Of a DNA stretch of 64,000 nucleotides, positions 45,292-57,464 are shown one piece after another (position 1 is the stretch's first letter; each line of letters opens with the position of its first letter). A model generated the notes under the pieces. The model saw only the letters and a list, made by a program, of their open reading frames with translations, made no database searches and was not told the DNA's origin. This DNA is from Pirellulales bacterium. GTDB lineage: Bacteria; Planctomycetota; Planctomycetia; Pirellulales; UBA1268. The stretch lies in contig JBIIDT010000004.1 in NCBI GenBank assembly GCA_044238145.1, positions 2,317 to 66,316 of the forward strand, read 5' to 3'. The position numbers were made by a program, and so were the translations under genes.

Positions 45292-48267
45292 ATGCCCACC
45301 CCCACGGTCGACGAGTTCTGGAAACTGCTCGCCCGCAGCCGGCTGGTGGATGCCGGCGCCGTGGAGGGCCTGCGCGCGGAGCACGCCCGGGACGGCCGCG
45401 GCGGCGACGCCAAGGCGGCCGCCCAGTGGCTCGTCGACCGCGGCGTGCTCACGCGCTGGCAGGCGAAGCGGCTGGGCATCGGCGACCTCGGCCCGTTCTT
45501 CCTCGGCGACTACCGGCTGCTCGAGCGGCACGATCGTCAGGGCGACGGCCTGCTGTTTTCGGCGCGGCACGACCCGTCGGGCCGGGCCGTCACGCTCATG
45601 CTGCTCAACGCCAAGCGGTGCCGTGACGTGGAGATCTGGACGGCGATCGTCACGCGGACGAGCACCGCCCATCAGGCGACCGATCCGCTGCTCTCCCGCA
45701 CCTGGGCCCTCGAGCAGGCGGAGGGGGCGCGGTTCATCGTCTGCGAGACGGTCGTGGGCGAGACGCTCGCGCGGGAGCTCGCCCGCCTCGGGCCGCTGCC
45801 GCAGGCGCAGGCGGGGGTGCTCGCCCACCATGTCGCCCGGGCCGTGGGGACGATCCACGCGGCCGGCGGCGTCCATGGCGGGCTGTCGCTCGACGTGCTC
45901 CTCCGCGAGCCCGTGCCGGCCGGCGCCCCGGAGCGGAACGGCCGCGTCCGGCTCCTGCAGTTCCCGCTCGTGGGCGACCCGCACGGTCTCGTGCTGCGGC
46001 CCCCCGTCGGCGGCCCGGACGAGAACACGCTGGGCGAGCAGGCGGCGTTCATCGCACCGGAGTTGATGCTGCCCGACCAGCCGTGCGACACGCGGACGGA
46101 CGTGTACGCGATCGGCTGCATCCTCCACGCGCTGCTGACGGGCACGCCGCCGGGCTGGCAGGGGGACGTGGCGCAGACGCTGCGGAAGGCGGCGATCGCC
46201 GGGCCTCCGCCCCTCGGCCCACCGGTGTCTTCCGCACTGGCGGCGCTCGTCGCCAGCCTCACGGCCCGCGATCCCGATGCCCGCTTCCAGGACGCCAACG
46301 CGGCGGCGGAGGCGATCGCCGTTTGCTGCGGCATCGTGCCGGCGGCGACCCTGACCGAGTCCACCGCGACGCCGGCCGCCGCGCGCACGGCGTCGGCCGA
46401 CGTGGACGCGGCGTCCGGCTGGCAGCTCGGTGAGGCGCGGAAGGCCCGCGCGAGTGGCGGCGGGTCGCTCGACTGGATCCCGGCCACGAGTGGTACGCGG
46501 CCGTCCACCTCCCGTCCGCCCGCCACCTCGGCGGCGCCAGCCGCGGTCATGCCCGGGGCCGCGACCGCCGCCACGCTCGCCGCGCGGCGCCGGGCCGCCC
46601 GCTTGCGACTCGCGGGCGCCGGCGTCGCCGTGGCCGTGATCGTGGCCGTGGCGGGGATGATCGTGTCGCAGTTCGATTTCAGCACCGTCGCGACTGCGCC
46701 GCGGGCGCCCGTCCGGCGGCAATCGCCCAAGCCCGCGGTCCCGCCGGAGCAGGACATGAAACGGCCGGACGCGGCGGCCACCGCTGCCGAGAAGCCGGTG
46801 GCTCCGCCAGCCGACCCGCGGCCCGACCCGCCCGCGGAGCCGCCCGTCGCGTCGCAGCGGCAGATCGTCAGCGACGATCCGGCCCTTCCGTGGGCGTCGC
46901 CGACCTCCAGCCCGCCGCCCCGGCTGGCGTTCTTGCCGCCGGGCGCGCAGCTCGCGCTTCTCGCCCGGCCCGCCGCCGCGCTCGCCGCCGAGGCCGCCGA
47001 CGAGGAGGGCACGCTGTTCCTCAAGTCGCTCGGTCCCGCGGCGGAGGCGGCCGTGCAGGAGCTGGCGCGGATGTGCGGATGCGATCTTGCGGAGATCGAG
47101 TCGCTGCAGGTCGGCTGGCAGGCCGGCAAGGTGGACGAGGTGCTCGACGGCTACGCGATCCGCATCGTCGAGTCGCGGCGTCTGCCGGCGGACGACGCGA
47201 CTCGCCAGGCCGCCTGGGGCCCGACGACGGCCGTCGACGTCGCGGGTCAGACGATCCACAAGGGGCAGCGGCTCGCCTATTGGGTGCCGGAATCGGGAGG
47301 CGGCCGGACGCTCGTGGCCGCCCCCGCACCGCTCCTCGAGATGATCGTCACCGAGACGGCAGCCGCCCCGGCGGAGGGCCTGGCCGTGAGCCTGCCGAAG
47401 GAGATGGAGACGCTCGTGGGAATGCTCGACGCCGATCGCCACGTGACGGTGTTCGGTGCCCCGCACTACCTCGCCCACGACGGCCGCCGGCTGCTCGCGG
47501 GTCCGCTCGCCCGGCTCGCCGAACCGCTGGCGGACTTCTTCGGCGACGATGTCCGGGCGGCCGCCCTGTCGCTCCACTTCGGCGGCAACGCCTACGCCGA
47601 ACTGGACGTCGTGGCCACGGCCGACGCCCCGGCGGCCGCCCTGGCGCCGAAGCTGGCGACGGCCCTGGGCGGCCTCGCCGACGCGGCGGAGGCCTATTGC
47701 GCGGAGCTCGATCCGGCCCCCTACGGCCGCCGGCTGGTGCTCCGGCTGCCGCCGATGATCCGCGCGCTCGCCACCAATCTTCGCTCGGGGGTGGAGAACA
47801 AAGCTGTCGTCCTCAACGCCTACCTGCCGCCGCACGCCGCCCACAACCTGGCGCTGGCGACCGAGCTCGTCCTCGCCCAGGCGCCACGGGCCGGGGCGGG
47901 GCCCGCCGTCGCGGCCGCCCCCGCCGCGGCCGAGGGTGCCCTCGGCAAGATGCAGAAGAAGATCACGCTCGTGTTCGTCAAGGACACGCTCGAGAAGACG
48001 ATTCAAATGATCTCCGAGGAGATCGGCGTGCCGATGGAGATCCTCGGCCCCGACCTGCAGCTCGAAGGGATCACGAAGAACCAGTCGTTCGGCCTCGACG
48101 AGACGGACAAGACCGCCGAGGCCGTGCTGCGGGTGGTCCTGGCCAAGGCGAACCCCGACGGCAAGCTCGTGTTCGTCGTGCGGAAGAAGGACGGCACGGA
48201 GACGATCGAGATCACCACCCGCGCCGCCGCTCAGAAGCGCGGCGACACGCTGCCGGCGGGGCCGTGA
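45292..48267 (+). CDS. Membrane-anchored Ser/Thr-kinase-like pseudokinase with large extracytoplasmic C-terminal region
   Basis: In-frame ATG at 45292 (codon 480 of track ORF 43855..48267, checked by counting). Kinase-fold landmarks are retained (FIAPELML...[19 protein letters not shown]). The catalytic motifs are replaced: no GxGxxG ([10 protein letters not shown]), VTLMLL for VAx[12 protein letters not shown] for HRDxKxxNxLL, LLQFPL for DFG. One TM segment at about 46606-46675. The C-terminal 100 aa are lower in GC. Confidence 0.7.
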   Translation: MPTPTVDEFWKLLARSRLVDAGAVEGLRAEHARDGRGGDAKAAAQWLVDRGVLTRWQAKRLGIGDLGPFFLGDYRLLERHDRQGDGLLFSARHDPSGRAVTLMLLNAKRCRDVEIWTAIVTRTSTAHQATDPLLSRTWALEQAEGARFIVCETVVGETLARELARLGPLPQAQAGVLAHHVARAVGTIHAAGGVHGGLSLDVLLREPVPAGAPERNGRVRLLQFPLVGDPHGLVLRPPVGGPDENTLGEQAAFIAPELMLPDQPCDTRTDVYAIGCILHALLTGTPPGWQGDVAQTLRKAAIAGPPPLGPPVSSALAALVASLTARDPDARFQDANAAAEAIAVCCGIVPAATLTESTATPAAARTASADVDAASGWQLGEARKARASGGGSLDWIPATSGTRPSTSRPPATSAAPAAVMPGAATAATLAARRRAARLRLAGAGVAVAVIVAVAGMIVSQFDFSTVATAPRAPVRRQSPKPAVPPEQDMKRPDAAATAAEKPVAPPADPRPDPPAEPPVASQRQIVSDDPALPWASPTSSPPPRLAFLPPGAQLALLARPAAALAAEAADEEGTLFLKSLGPAAEAAVQELARMCGCDLAEIESLQVGWQAGKVDEVLDGYAIRIVESRRLPADDATRQAAWGPTTAVDVAGQTIHKGQRLAYWVPESGGGRTLVAAPAPLLEMIVTETAAAPAEGLAVSLPKEMETLVGMLDADRHVTVFGAPHYLAHDGRRLLAGPLARLAEPLADFFGDDVRAAALSLHFGGNAYAELDVVATADAPAAALAPKLATALGGLADAAEAYCAELDPAPYGRRLVLRLPPMIRALATNLRSGVENKAVVLNAYLPPHAAHNLALATELVLAQAPRAGAGPAVAAAPAAAEGALGKMQKKITLVFVKDTLEKTIQMISEEIGVPMEILGPDLQLEGITKNQSFGLDETDKTAEAVLRVVLAKANPDGKLVFVVRKKDGTETIEITTRAAAQKRGDTLPAGP

Positions 48268-48288
48268 CGCCGGGCAAGGCGGCGGCGA

Positions 48289-49629
48289 TCAGCCGAGGAG
48301 CACGATCGCCACCGACATGTAGAGCACGATCCCCACGATGTCGACGATCGCCGAGACGAAGGGGTTGCTCATCAGGGCCGGGTCGAGGCCCAGCGACCGG
48401 AAGAGCAGCGGCAGGGCCGAGCCGACGAGCGTGCCCATGAGCACCACGCCGAGGATCGTGAGCGGGATCACGATCGCCGCCGCGGCCGACGGGGCGTAGG
48501 CGAGGGCGAGCAGATAGCCGGGGATCGCCAGCAGGCCGCCGAGCAGCAGGCCGAGGACCAGCTCCCGGCGGAGGATTCGCGGCCAGTCGGTGAGCCGGCA
48601 GTCGCCGGTGGACAGGGCGGTGATCACGAGCGTGGCCGACTGGTTGCCCGAGTTGCCGCCGCTGGCGATGACGAGCGGGATGAAGGCCACGAGCCAGGCG
48701 TGCGGCGACTGCCACTTCGCCAGCACCATCGCCGTCACGGCGGCCGTGGCGAACAGGATCGCCAGCCACACGCCGCGCTTCCAGGTCATCGAGATCAGCG
48801 CCGCCTCGAGGTAGCTCTCGCCGAGCGGCTGGATGGCGGCGATCCGCTGGGCGTCGTCGGTCGCCTCCTGACGGACGGCGTCGAGCACGTCGTCGTGAGT
48901 CACGATGCCCACCAGCCGGTTGCGGTCGTCGACCACGGGGATGGCGATGAAGTCGAAGCGGGCGAGCTTCTCCACGACCCGCTCCCGGGGTTCCTCGACC
49001 CGCACGCTGATCGGGTCGCGCTGCATGAGGTCGGCCACGAGGGCCATCGGCTTGGCGAGGATCAGGTCGCGCAGCGAGACGAAGCCGAGCAGCCGCCGCT
49101 CGGCGTCGAGCACGTAGATGTAGTAGATCGACTCGCTGTTGGGAGCCTGGGAGCGGAGCCGCGTGATCGCCTCGCCGGCCGTGATGTCGGCCGGCAGCGA
49201 CGCGTACTCCGTCGTCATCAAAGACCCGGCCGACCCCTCCGGGCAGGAGAGGAGCATGCGGATGTCGTGCCGCTCCGCCTTGGCCACCAGTGGCAGGATC
49301 TCCTCGACGAGCTCCGGGTCGAGTTCGCGGAGGAGGTCGTCGCGGTTGTCGGGCGCCATCCACTCGATCAGCGGCCCGAGGTGGGCCCGATCGCCCGCCT
49401 TGACGAGCTCGATCTGCCGGGCCATCGGGTAGTACGGGAAGATCTCGGCCTGCTGCTCGACCGGCACGGACTCGAGCATCTGCCACAGCTCTCGGTCGTC
49501 GAGTCCGGCGGAGAACTCGGCCACCGTCGCCGGGTGCAGTTCCGCGGCCACCTCGCGCAGCCCCGCCGTGTCGCCCTCGGCGAGCATGACGCGGAGTTCG
49601 GGAATGAGGATCGGATTGGCGGCGTTCAT
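48289..49629 (-). CDS. mgtE: Magnesium transporter MgtE
   Basis: Start MNAANPILIPELRVML (ATG complement at 49629). MgtE N-domain, CBS pair (IAIPVVDDRNRLVGIVTHDDVLD), C-terminal TM domain with GGNSGNQSATLV and DPALMSNPFVSAIVDIVG. Confidence 0.9.
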   Translation of the reverse strand: MNAANPILIPELRVMLAEGDTAGLREVAAELHPATVAEFSAGLDDRELWQMLESVPVEQQAEIFPYYPMARQIELVKAGDRAHLGPLIEWMAPDNRDDLLRELDPELVEEILPLVAKAERHDIRMLLSCPEGSAGSLMTTEYASLPADITAGEAITRLRSQAPNSESIYYIYVLDAERRLLGFVSLRDLILAKPMALVADLMQRDPISVRVEEPRERVVEKLARFDFIAIPVVDDRNRLVGIVTHDDVLDAVRQEATDDAQRIAAIQPLGESYLEAALISMTWKRGVWLAILFATAAVTAMVLAKWQSPHAWLVAFIPLVIASGGNSGNQSATLVITALSTGDCRLTDWPRILRRELVLGLLLGGLLAIPGYLLALAYAPSAAAAIVIPLTILGVVLMGTLVGSALPLLFRSLGLDPALMSNPFVSAIVDIVGIVLYMSVAIVLLG

Positions 49630-49672
49630 GGGGCGGCCGGCGGGCGGGCGGGGCCTATACTGCGGAGCAGCA

Positions 49673-51088
49673 ATGGGACCAGCGGACAAGTATGCCATGC
49701 AGGATCGGCGAAGCGACCGTGCCAACCGGGCAACGTGGGCCTGTCTCGCCGTCGCGGCCTGCCTCGCCGGCGGCCCCGCGCCGGCGGCCGATGCCGCCCG
49801 CGGCCGGGAGCACCTGCTCGACCGGGCCTACCTCCCCCCCGACTTCGACCAGGAGGTGTTCGACGAACTGTGGACGACCTGGGAGGAGCCGCTCAGGTCG
49901 CGGGCCGAAGCGGCGGGCGTCGCCGGGCGGCGCCGGATGGCGATGGAACGCTACGGTCTGACGCCCCACCCCGACGATCCGTCGCGGTCGCTGCAGTACG
50001 TCGTCGGGGCCGACGGCTCGTGGACGATGAGTTGCCTGGCCTGCCATCAGGGGCAGGTCGGCGGCCGTGCGATCCCCGGGCTGCCCAACTCCGACTATGC
50101 CCTGGAGACGCTCACCGAGGAGGTCCGGCAGGTCAAGGTCCGCCAGCGGAAGGCCTTCGGCCACATGGACCTCGGGTCGCTGTTCCTGCCCCTGGGCACG
50201 ACCAACGGCACGACCAACGCCGTGATCTTCGGCGTGGCCCTGATGCGGCACCGCGACGCCGACTTGAACATCGTGCAGCGGCCGCCGCGGTTCGACCTCG
50301 TGCACCACGACATGGACGCGCCGGCCTGGTGGCACTATCGCCGCCGCAAGAGCCTGTACGCCGACGGCTTCGCCGCCAAGGGGCATCGGATGCTGATGCA
50401 ATTTCTGCTCGTCAAGGAGAACGGCCCGGAGCGGTTCCGTGCCTGGGAGGCGGAGTTCCGCGACATCGAGGCGTGGATCGCCGCACTCGAGCCGCCGCGT
50501 TGGGCCGGCACGATCGATGCGGCCCTGGCCGGGGAGGGGAGGGCCGTGTTCGCCCGGCACTGCGCGGAGTGCCACGGCACCTACGGGCGGCAGGGCGACT
50601 ACCCCGAGCGGCTCGTGCCGATCGCCGAGGTGGGCACCGACCGCGTCCGGCTCGACTCGCTCACGCGGAAGGAGCGGGGCGACCTGAACGCGAGCTGGTT
50701 CGGACACCTCGGCGCCGACGTGCAGGCGGCGCCGGTCGACCTCGTGGCCCGCGCGGCGGGGGAGGGCTACGTGGCGCCGCCGCTCGACGGCATCTGGGCG
50801 ACCGCGCCCTACTTCCACAACGGCTCGGTCCCCACGCTGTGGCATGTCCTCCATCCGAGCGAGCGGCCGGCCGTCTGGAAGCGGACGCCGACCGGCTACG
50901 ACGAGGCCCGCGTCGGCCTCGAGGTCGAGTCGCTCGCGGACATGCCCGCCGGCAGGCTGGCGCCGGCGGCGCGGCGCGGGTATTTCGACACCCGCCGCCC
51001 CGGCAAGAGCGCCGCGGGCCACGACTTTCCCGACGCCCTCGACGAGGCCGAGAAGGCGGCCGTCCTCGAGTACCTCAAGACGCTGTGA
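49673..51088 (+). CDS. Di-heme cytochrome c peroxidase-family protein, secreted
   Basis: Two CxxCH motifs (CLACH, CAECH), plus WATAPYFHNGSVPTLWHVL, which resembles the conserved APY.HDGS..TL box of CCP/MauG enzymes. Signal-like WACLAVAACLAGGPAPAADA. Start at 49673 or 49697. Confidence 0.65.
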   Translation: MGPADKYAMQDRRSDRANRATWACLAVAACLAGGPAPAADAARGREHLLDRAYLPPDFDQEVFDELWTTWEEPLRSRAEAAGVAGRRRMAMERYGLTPHPDDPSRSLQYVVGADGSWTMSCLACHQGQVGGRAIPGLPNSDYALETLTEEVRQVKVRQRKAFGHMDLGSLFLPLGTTNGTTNAVIFGVALMRHRDADLNIVQRPPRFDLVHHDMDAPAWWHYRRRKSLYADGFAAKGHRMLMQFLLVKENGPERFRAWEAEFRDIEAWIAALEPPRWAGTIDAALAGEGRAVFARHCAECHGTYGRQGDYPERLVPIAEVGTDRVRLDSLTRKERGDLNASWFGHLGADVQAAPVDLVARAAGEGYVAPPLDGIWATAPYFHNGSVPTLWHVLHPSERPAVWKRTPTGYDEARVGLEVESLADMPAGRLAPAARRGYFDTRRPGKSAAGHDFPDALDEAEKAAVLEYLKTL

Positions 51089-51107
51089 TGCGGCTTTGCT
51101 ACCCTAA

Positions 51108-52487
<1,380 letters not shown>

Positions 52488-52496
52488 CGCCGGGGC

Positions 52497-52628
52497 GGGG
52501 CTGCCCGTGCCGCCTCGCCTGGACGTTCGCTGCGGGCATCCTGCCCTTCGCTCACTCCATGCCGGCTGCGCTTCGGCCTCCAGCCTGCGCTGGCCGGCAT
52601 AGGCCGGCTCGACGGCACGGGCAGCCCC
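52497..52628. repeat. Family-1 intergenic hairpin repeat between the convergent thiC and cysS genes
   Basis: GGGGCTGCCCGTGCCG (52497-52512) is exactly reverse-complementary to 52613-52628. The interior aligns with 7388-7470 (about 75 percent by eye) and contains the inner hairpin GCCGGC-ATAG-GCCGGC. Confidence 0.7.
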
Positions 52629-52653
52629 TCGCGAGTTTCGCGAAGTGCGTGCG

Positions 52654-54219
52654 CTACTTCCGCGACCAGCCGGTGCCGTCGGCGCGGTCCTCCAGCACGA
52701 TCCCCGCCTCCGTGAGCTTCTTGCGCACGAGGTCCGCGGTGGCGAAGTCCTTCGCCTTGCGGGCGTTCGCCCGAATCTCGATGACGAGGTCCATGAGCCT
52801 GGCGACGAGCCCCTCGTCCACGCCGCCGCCTCCGGCGGCCTGCGGGGCCGCCAGGAACAGGCCGAGCACCCCGGTCAACTCCCGCATCACGAGCAGCATC
52901 GCGTCGAGTGTGGCCAGTTCGGCGGCCGGCTTGTTCGCCTCCAGGCCGTGCTGGTCGATGAACTTGTTGGCCACGCGGACGAAGTCGTAGAGCGTGGCCA
53001 TCGCGATGGCCGTGTTGAAGTCGTCGTCCATGGCCGCGAGGAACTTCGTCCGCAGGGCCGTGACCTCGGCGCCGGCGGCCGCGACGGCGGCGTCGCCCGC
53101 GCGGCGGTCGCGGCAGGGCAGGGCGTAGAACGCCTTGCCGGCCACCCGCTCGTAGCGGGCGAAGAGTCGCTCGAAGGCCTCCATCGCCCGGGCGCTCTCG
53201 CCGAGGGGTTCCTCGCCGAAGTGGATCGGGCTGCGGTAGTGGGTCGAGAGCAGCAGCACGCGGATCGCCTCGGGCCGGTGCCGGGCCAGCAGGTTCTTGA
53301 ACGGCTCGGCCCCGGTCGACTTGGAGATCTTCGTGGCCGCCTGGGCCGCGGCGTCGTCCACAGGGCCCTCCGCGCCCCGCGGCCGGCCGCCCACCTTCCC
53401 GGCGGCGCCGGCCGCCTGCATGAGGCCGTTGTGCATCCAGTAGGTCGCCATCGGGCAGTCGTGGAGCGACTCGCTCTGGGCGATCTCGTTCTCGTGGTGT
53501 GGAAACACGAGGTCGAGCCCGCCGCCGTGGATGTCGAAGTGTGGCCCGAGGATCGCCTTGCTCATCGCCGAGCACTCGATGTGCCAGCCCGGCCGCCCCG
53601 GTCCCCAGGGGCTGTCCCATGCCGGCTCGCCCGGCTTGGCCTTCTTCCAGAGGGCGAAGTCGGCGGCCGACCGCTTCCGCTCCGCCGTCGATCCGCCTTC
53701 GCCCTGGGTCTGCTCGATGGAGCGATTGGTGAGCTTGCCGTAGTCGGGATCGCGGGTGACGTCGAAGTACACGTCGCCATCGCTGGCGTAGGCCATGCCC
53801 TTGGCGATCAGCCCCTCGATGAAGGCGATGATCGTGCCGATGTGCTCGGTCGCCTTCGGCATGACGTCGATGCCGGTCACACCCAGCGTGGCGAGGTTCT
53901 CCAGGTAGTCGGCCGTCATCTCCTCGGCCAGCTTCGCCATCGTGGTGCCGCGGGCCGTGCTCTCGGCGATGATCTTGTCGTCCACGTCGGTGACGTTCAC
54001 GACCCAGGTGACCTTCCAGCCGGAGTAGGCGAGGTGCCGCTTGACCGTGTCGAAGATCACGGGCCCGACCATGTGGCCGATGTGGCTCGGCTTGTAGACC
54101 GTCGGCCCGCAGAGGTACATCCCCACGTGCCCGGGCTTCACCGTCGCGAGCGGCGCCTTCTTCCGCGAGAGCGTGCTGTAAATCTCGATCGGCGGCAAGG
54201 CGCCGGCTGCATCCGTCAT
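52654..54219 (-). CDS. cysS: Cysteine--tRNA ligase
   Basis: [20 protein letters not shown] (HIGH), [15 protein letters not shown], and KISKSTG (KMSKS). Confidence 0.95.
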   Translation of the reverse strand: MTDAAGALPPIEIYSTLSRKKAPLATVKPGHVGMYLCGPTVYKPSHIGHMVGPVIFDTVKRHLAYSGWKVTWVVNVTDVDDKIIAESTARGTTMAKLAEEMTADYLENLATLGVTGIDVMPKATEHIGTIIAFIEGLIAKGMAYASDGDVYFDVTRDPDYGKLTNRSIEQTQGEGGSTAERKRSAADFALWKKAKPGEPAWDSPWGPGRPGWHIECSAMSKAILGPHFDIHGGGLDLVFPHHENEIAQSESLHDCPMATYWMHNGLMQAAGAAGKVGGRPRGAEGPVDDAAAQAATKISKSTGAEPFKNLLARHRPEAIRVLLLSTHYRSPIHFGEEPLGESARAMEAFERLFARYERVAGKAFYALPCRDRRAGDAAVAAAGAEVTALRTKFLAAMDDDFNTAIAMATLYDFVRVANKFIDQHGLEANKPAAELATLDAMLLVMRELTGVLGLFLAAPQAAGGGGVDEGLVARLMDLVIEIRANARKAKDFATADLVRKKLTEAGIVLEDRADGTGWSRK

Positions 54220-54237
54220 CTGACCGTATTCTCCGGA

Positions 54238-54711
54238 CTACCGTTCGATGAGGGCGACGCACTCCGCGGCGATCGCCTGCTCGTCGCCGATCGGCCCGAC
54301 CGACTCACCCGTCTTGGCCTTGAGCCACACGGCCGACTCGTCCACGCCGAGCACCTCCGCGATCCGCTTCCGCATCGCGGGCCGGTGCGGAAGGATTTTG
54401 GGCCGCTGGGCGAAAATCACGCAATCCAGATTCACCAGCCGCCAGCCCGCGGCCGCGACCCGGTCCATGGCCGCCCGGAGCATGACGGCCGAGTCCCGGC
54501 CCCGGTTGGCCGGATCGGTATCGGGAAAGAGCTCGCCGATGTCGCCGAGGGCCGCGGCGCCCAAGAGCGCGTCGGTGATCGCGTGGAAGAGCACGTCGGC
54601 GTCGCTGTGGCCCACCGCCTGCCGGTCGTGGGCGAGCGTGATCCCGCCGAGCACGAGGCCGTTGCCCGGGGCGAGCCGGTGCGTGTCGTGTCCGAGTCCG
54701 ATGCGAAACAT
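54238..54711 (-). CDS. ispF: 2-C-methyl-D-erythritol 2,4-cyclodiphosphate synthase
   Basis: The start MFRIGLGHDTHRL (ATG complement at 54711) is in frame with track ORF 54238..55566. Motifs: GHSDADVLFHAITDALLGA and DIGELFPDTDP. 157 aa. Confidence 0.92.
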   Translation of the reverse strand: MFRIGLGHDTHRLAPGNGLVLGGITLAHDRQAVGHSDADVLFHAITDALLGAAALGDIGELFPDTDPANRGRDSAVMLRAAMDRVAAAGWRLVNLDCVIFAQRPKILPHRPAMRKRIAEVLGVDESAVWLKAKTGESVGPIGDEQAIAAECVALIER

Positions 54712-54765
54712 GCCCGCGGGCCTCCGGGGAAACGTGGCCGCACCGTTTTCCCCTATACTCCGCCC

Positions 54766-55824
54766 ATGCACAACTCCGCCGCGAATCCCGGGTCGCCTTC
54801 GTCGCCGACGGAGCCCCCGGTGATCGCCGTCTCCGGGCTGGCGAAGGACTACCGCGTCTTCGACAAGCCGGAGGGGCTGCTGGCGAGCATCCGCGGCCTG
54901 TTCCACCGGCCGTCGCGGCTGGTCGAGGCGCTGCGGGGCGTGGACCTCGAGGTGGGGCGAGGGGAGTTCGTGGCGCTGCTCGGCCCCAACGGGGCGGGCA
55001 AAACGACGTTCCTCAAGCTCCTCTCCGGCATCATCACGCCCTCGCGGGGCACCGCCCGGGTGCTCGGCCACGTGCCCTGGGAGCGGGCCGACGAGTTTCG
55101 CCGCCGGTTCGCCCTCGTGATGGGCCAGCGGAACCAGCTGTGGTGGGATCTCCCGGCGGCGGAGAGCTTCCGCCTCCACCAGGAGATCTACCGGATCGAG
55201 CCGGCGCGGTTCGCCCGGATCCGCGACGAGCTCGTCGACATGCTGGGTGTGCGGTCGCTGATCCTCCGGCCCGTCCGCGACCTGTCGCTCGGCGAACGCA
55301 TGAAGCTCGAACTCGTCGCGGCCCTGCTCCACGAGCCGGAGGTGCTGTTCCTCGACGAGCCCACCATCGGCCTCGACGTGGTCGCCCAGCACACGATCCA
55401 CGAGTTCCTCCGGCACGTGCAGGCCGAGCGGCGGGTGACCGTGATGCTCACGACCCACTACATGAAGGACGTGGCGGCGCTCTGCGAGCGGCTCGTCGTG
55501 ATCACCCACGGCAACATCCTCTACGATGGCTCGCTGGCCGGGGTCGTCGATCGGTTCACGACCCACAAGATCGTGACGCTCGACTTCGACGAGCCTCCCG
55601 ATCTCGGGCGGCTGGCCCGGTTCGGCTTCCCGTGCGAGATCCGCGGCCCCCAGGCGGTGCTGCGGATCGACCGCGGGCGGATCGCCGACGTGCTGCCGGA
55701 GATCCTGGGGAGCGCGGGAGTCCGCGACGTGTCGGTGGAGGACGTCCCGCTGGAGGAGATCGTGGCGGGGATGTTCCGATCCGCCGACCGCCGTATCGAG
55801 GCCGCCGCGGAGGCGATGCGATGA
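54766..55824 (+). CDS. ABC transporter ATP-binding protein (uncharacterised ABC-2 system)
   Basis: In-frame ATG at 54766 within track ORF 52645..55824. Walker A GPNGAGKTT, signature LSLGERMK, Walker B LFLDEPTIGLD, and a C-terminal extra domain. Confidence 0.88.
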   Translation: MHNSAANPGSPSSPTEPPVIAVSGLAKDYRVFDKPEGLLASIRGLFHRPSRLVEALRGVDLEVGRGEFVALLGPNGAGKTTFLKLLSGIITPSRGTARVLGHVPWERADEFRRRFALVMGQRNQLWWDLPAAESFRLHQEIYRIEPARFARIRDELVDMLGVRSLILRPVRDLSLGERMKLELVAALLHEPEVLFLDEPTIGLDVVAQHTIHEFLRHVQAERRVTVMLTTHYMKDVAALCERLVVITHGNILYDGSLAGVVDRFTTHKIVTLDFDEPPDLGRLARFGFPCEIRGPQAVLRIDRGRIADVLPEILGSAGVRDVSVEDVPLEEIVAGMFRSADRRIEAAAEAMR

Positions 55825-56687
55825 CCGCCCCCGCCGCGCGGCCCTGGCCGTTCCACGCCCTGCGCGTCTGGTGGACGATGCTGGCGATCAGCCTCGAGGA
55901 GCGGCTCGCCTACCGGGGCGACTTCATCCTCGGCACGGCGATGCGGTTCCTGCCGATCGTGACGCAGGTGTTTCTCTGGACCGCGGTGTTCGCCGCCACG
56001 AGCCGCCCCGACATCGCCGGCTACTCGCGAAACGACATCGTCGCCTACTACCTGCTGACGATGGTCACGCGGGCCTTCTCCAGCATGCCCGGCCTGGCCG
56101 GCGGCATTTCCCGCAGCATCCGCGACGGCTCGGTGAAGAAGTACCTCGTCCAGCCGGTCGACTACGTGGGCTTCCTGCTCGCGGCCCGCGTCGCCCACAA
56201 GCTCGTCTATTACGCCGTGGCGATCCTTCCGTTCGCGGCGGTTTTCTTTCTGTGCCGCGGCTACTTCCCGCAGGCCCCCGACGCGGCGACGATCGCCGCC
56301 TTCCTCCTGTCGCTGGTGCTCTCGTTCCTGCTCGGCTTCTTCATGGAGGCCACGCTCGGCATGCTCGGCTTCTGGGTGCTGGAGACGGCGAGCATCGTCT
56401 TCGCCTACATGCTCGTGCAGTACCTGCTCTCGGGCCACATGTTCCCGATCGACATGCTCGCCGGCATCCCCACGGGCGTCGCCGGCGTGAGCCTCGCGGA
56501 CGTCGTCCGCTGGCTGCCGTTCGAGTACACGGCCTACTTTCCGGCGGCGGTCTGGCTGGGGAAGGTGCGCGGCGCGGCGCTCGCCCGCGACCTCGCGATC
56601 GAGGCCGCCTGGGTCGTGGTCATGGCCTGCGCCTGCCGGCTCGCCTGGCGGCGCGGCACGCGGCGGTACGCCGCCTACGGCGGCTGA
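55821..56687 (+). CDS. ABC-2 family transporter permease (component 1)
   Basis: ATGA overlap with the ATPase stop. LEERLAYRGDFILGTAMRFLPIVTQVFLW followed by 6 hydrophobic segments. Confidence 0.75.
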   Translation: MTAPAARPWPFHALRVWWTMLAISLEERLAYRGDFILGTAMRFLPIVTQVFLWTAVFAATSRPDIAGYSRNDIVAYYLLTMVTRAFSSMPGLAGGISRSIRDGSVKKYLVQPVDYVGFLLAARVAHKLVYYAVAILPFAAVFFLCRGYFPQAPDAATIAAFLLSLVLSFLLGFFMEATLGMLGFWVLETASIVFAYMLVQYLLSGHMFPIDMLAGIPTGVAGVSLADVVRWLPFEYTAYFPAAVWLGKVRGAALARDLAIEAAWVVVMACACRLAWRRGTRRYAAYGG

Positions 56688-56697
56688 CCCCAGGCGG

Positions 56698-57453
56698 TCA
56701 GGCGGCCGCGTCGGCGTAGCGGGCGAGCCAGGGGAACCGGGCGATGCCGGCGTGCACGGCGTCGCGGTCCGCGTCAGTCCAGGCCACGTCCTCGCGGGTG
56801 CGCCGGGGGGCGGCGAAGAGGATCCGCTTCACGGCGGCGACATGGTCCGGATCGGCGGCCACCCCGAGGAATCGGCACAGCCGCTCCAATTCGACGTCGG
56901 GCGCGGCCAGCAGGTCCTCGTGATGGCTGTCGAGGAACCGGTCCGGGGGCAGCCGCGCGCCGATCGCGGCCGCGGCCTCGCAGTGCATGAAGTACCAGCG
57001 GATCCGGTCGGCCACAGGCGCGCCGCTGCGGCGGTGCATGGTCGCGACGGTGTCGAACGGGTCGCGGATCGCGTGGATGACACGCACCGGCACGCCCAAC
57101 CGCTCCTCCAGCGACGGCAGCAGGGCATGGTCGCCGTGCAGCAGGAGCGTGGCGGGATTGAAGATCTTGTCGCCGGCCACGCGGATGTCGGCCTTGGCGG
57201 ACGGCGGTGGCCCGACCTGGTAGGCGTAGCCCTCCGACGGGCGGCCGGCTGCGGCGTTGCGCTCGGCGTTGTCGAGGACCTCGCCGAGGATCGCCCCCCG
57301 GTCCAGGCCCCGCCAGAAGTTCGCCGACGCCGCCGTCTCGTTGGCGACGACCAGCCGCGGATGGCCGTCGAGCGTCGCACCCAGGAGCGTCGAGCCGCTG
57401 CGGGCATTGCCCACGATGAGCACGAAGCCCTGCAGATTGGCGAGCGGATCCAT
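56698..57453 (-). CDS. Sulfotransferase-family protein
   Basis: Start MDPLANLQGFVLIVGNARSGSTLLG (ATG complement at 57453), a 5'-PSB-type P-loop. HAIRDPFDTVATM resembles the 3'-PB region. 251 aa. The remainder of track ORF 56698..60510 is antisense shadow. Confidence 0.7.
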   Translation of the reverse strand: MDPLANLQGFVLIVGNARSGSTLLGATLDGHPRLVVANETAASANFWRGLDRGAILGEVLDNAERNAAAGRPSEGYAYQVGPPPSAKADIRVAGDKIFNPATLLLHGDHALLPSLEERLGVPVRVIHAIRDPFDTVATMHRRSGAPVADRIRWYFMHCEAAAAIGARLPPDRFLDSHHEDLLAAPDVELERLCRFLGVAADPDHVAAVKRILFAAPRRTREDVAWTDADRDAVHAGIARFPWLARYADAAA

Positions 57454-57464
57454 GGGGGCGACAC

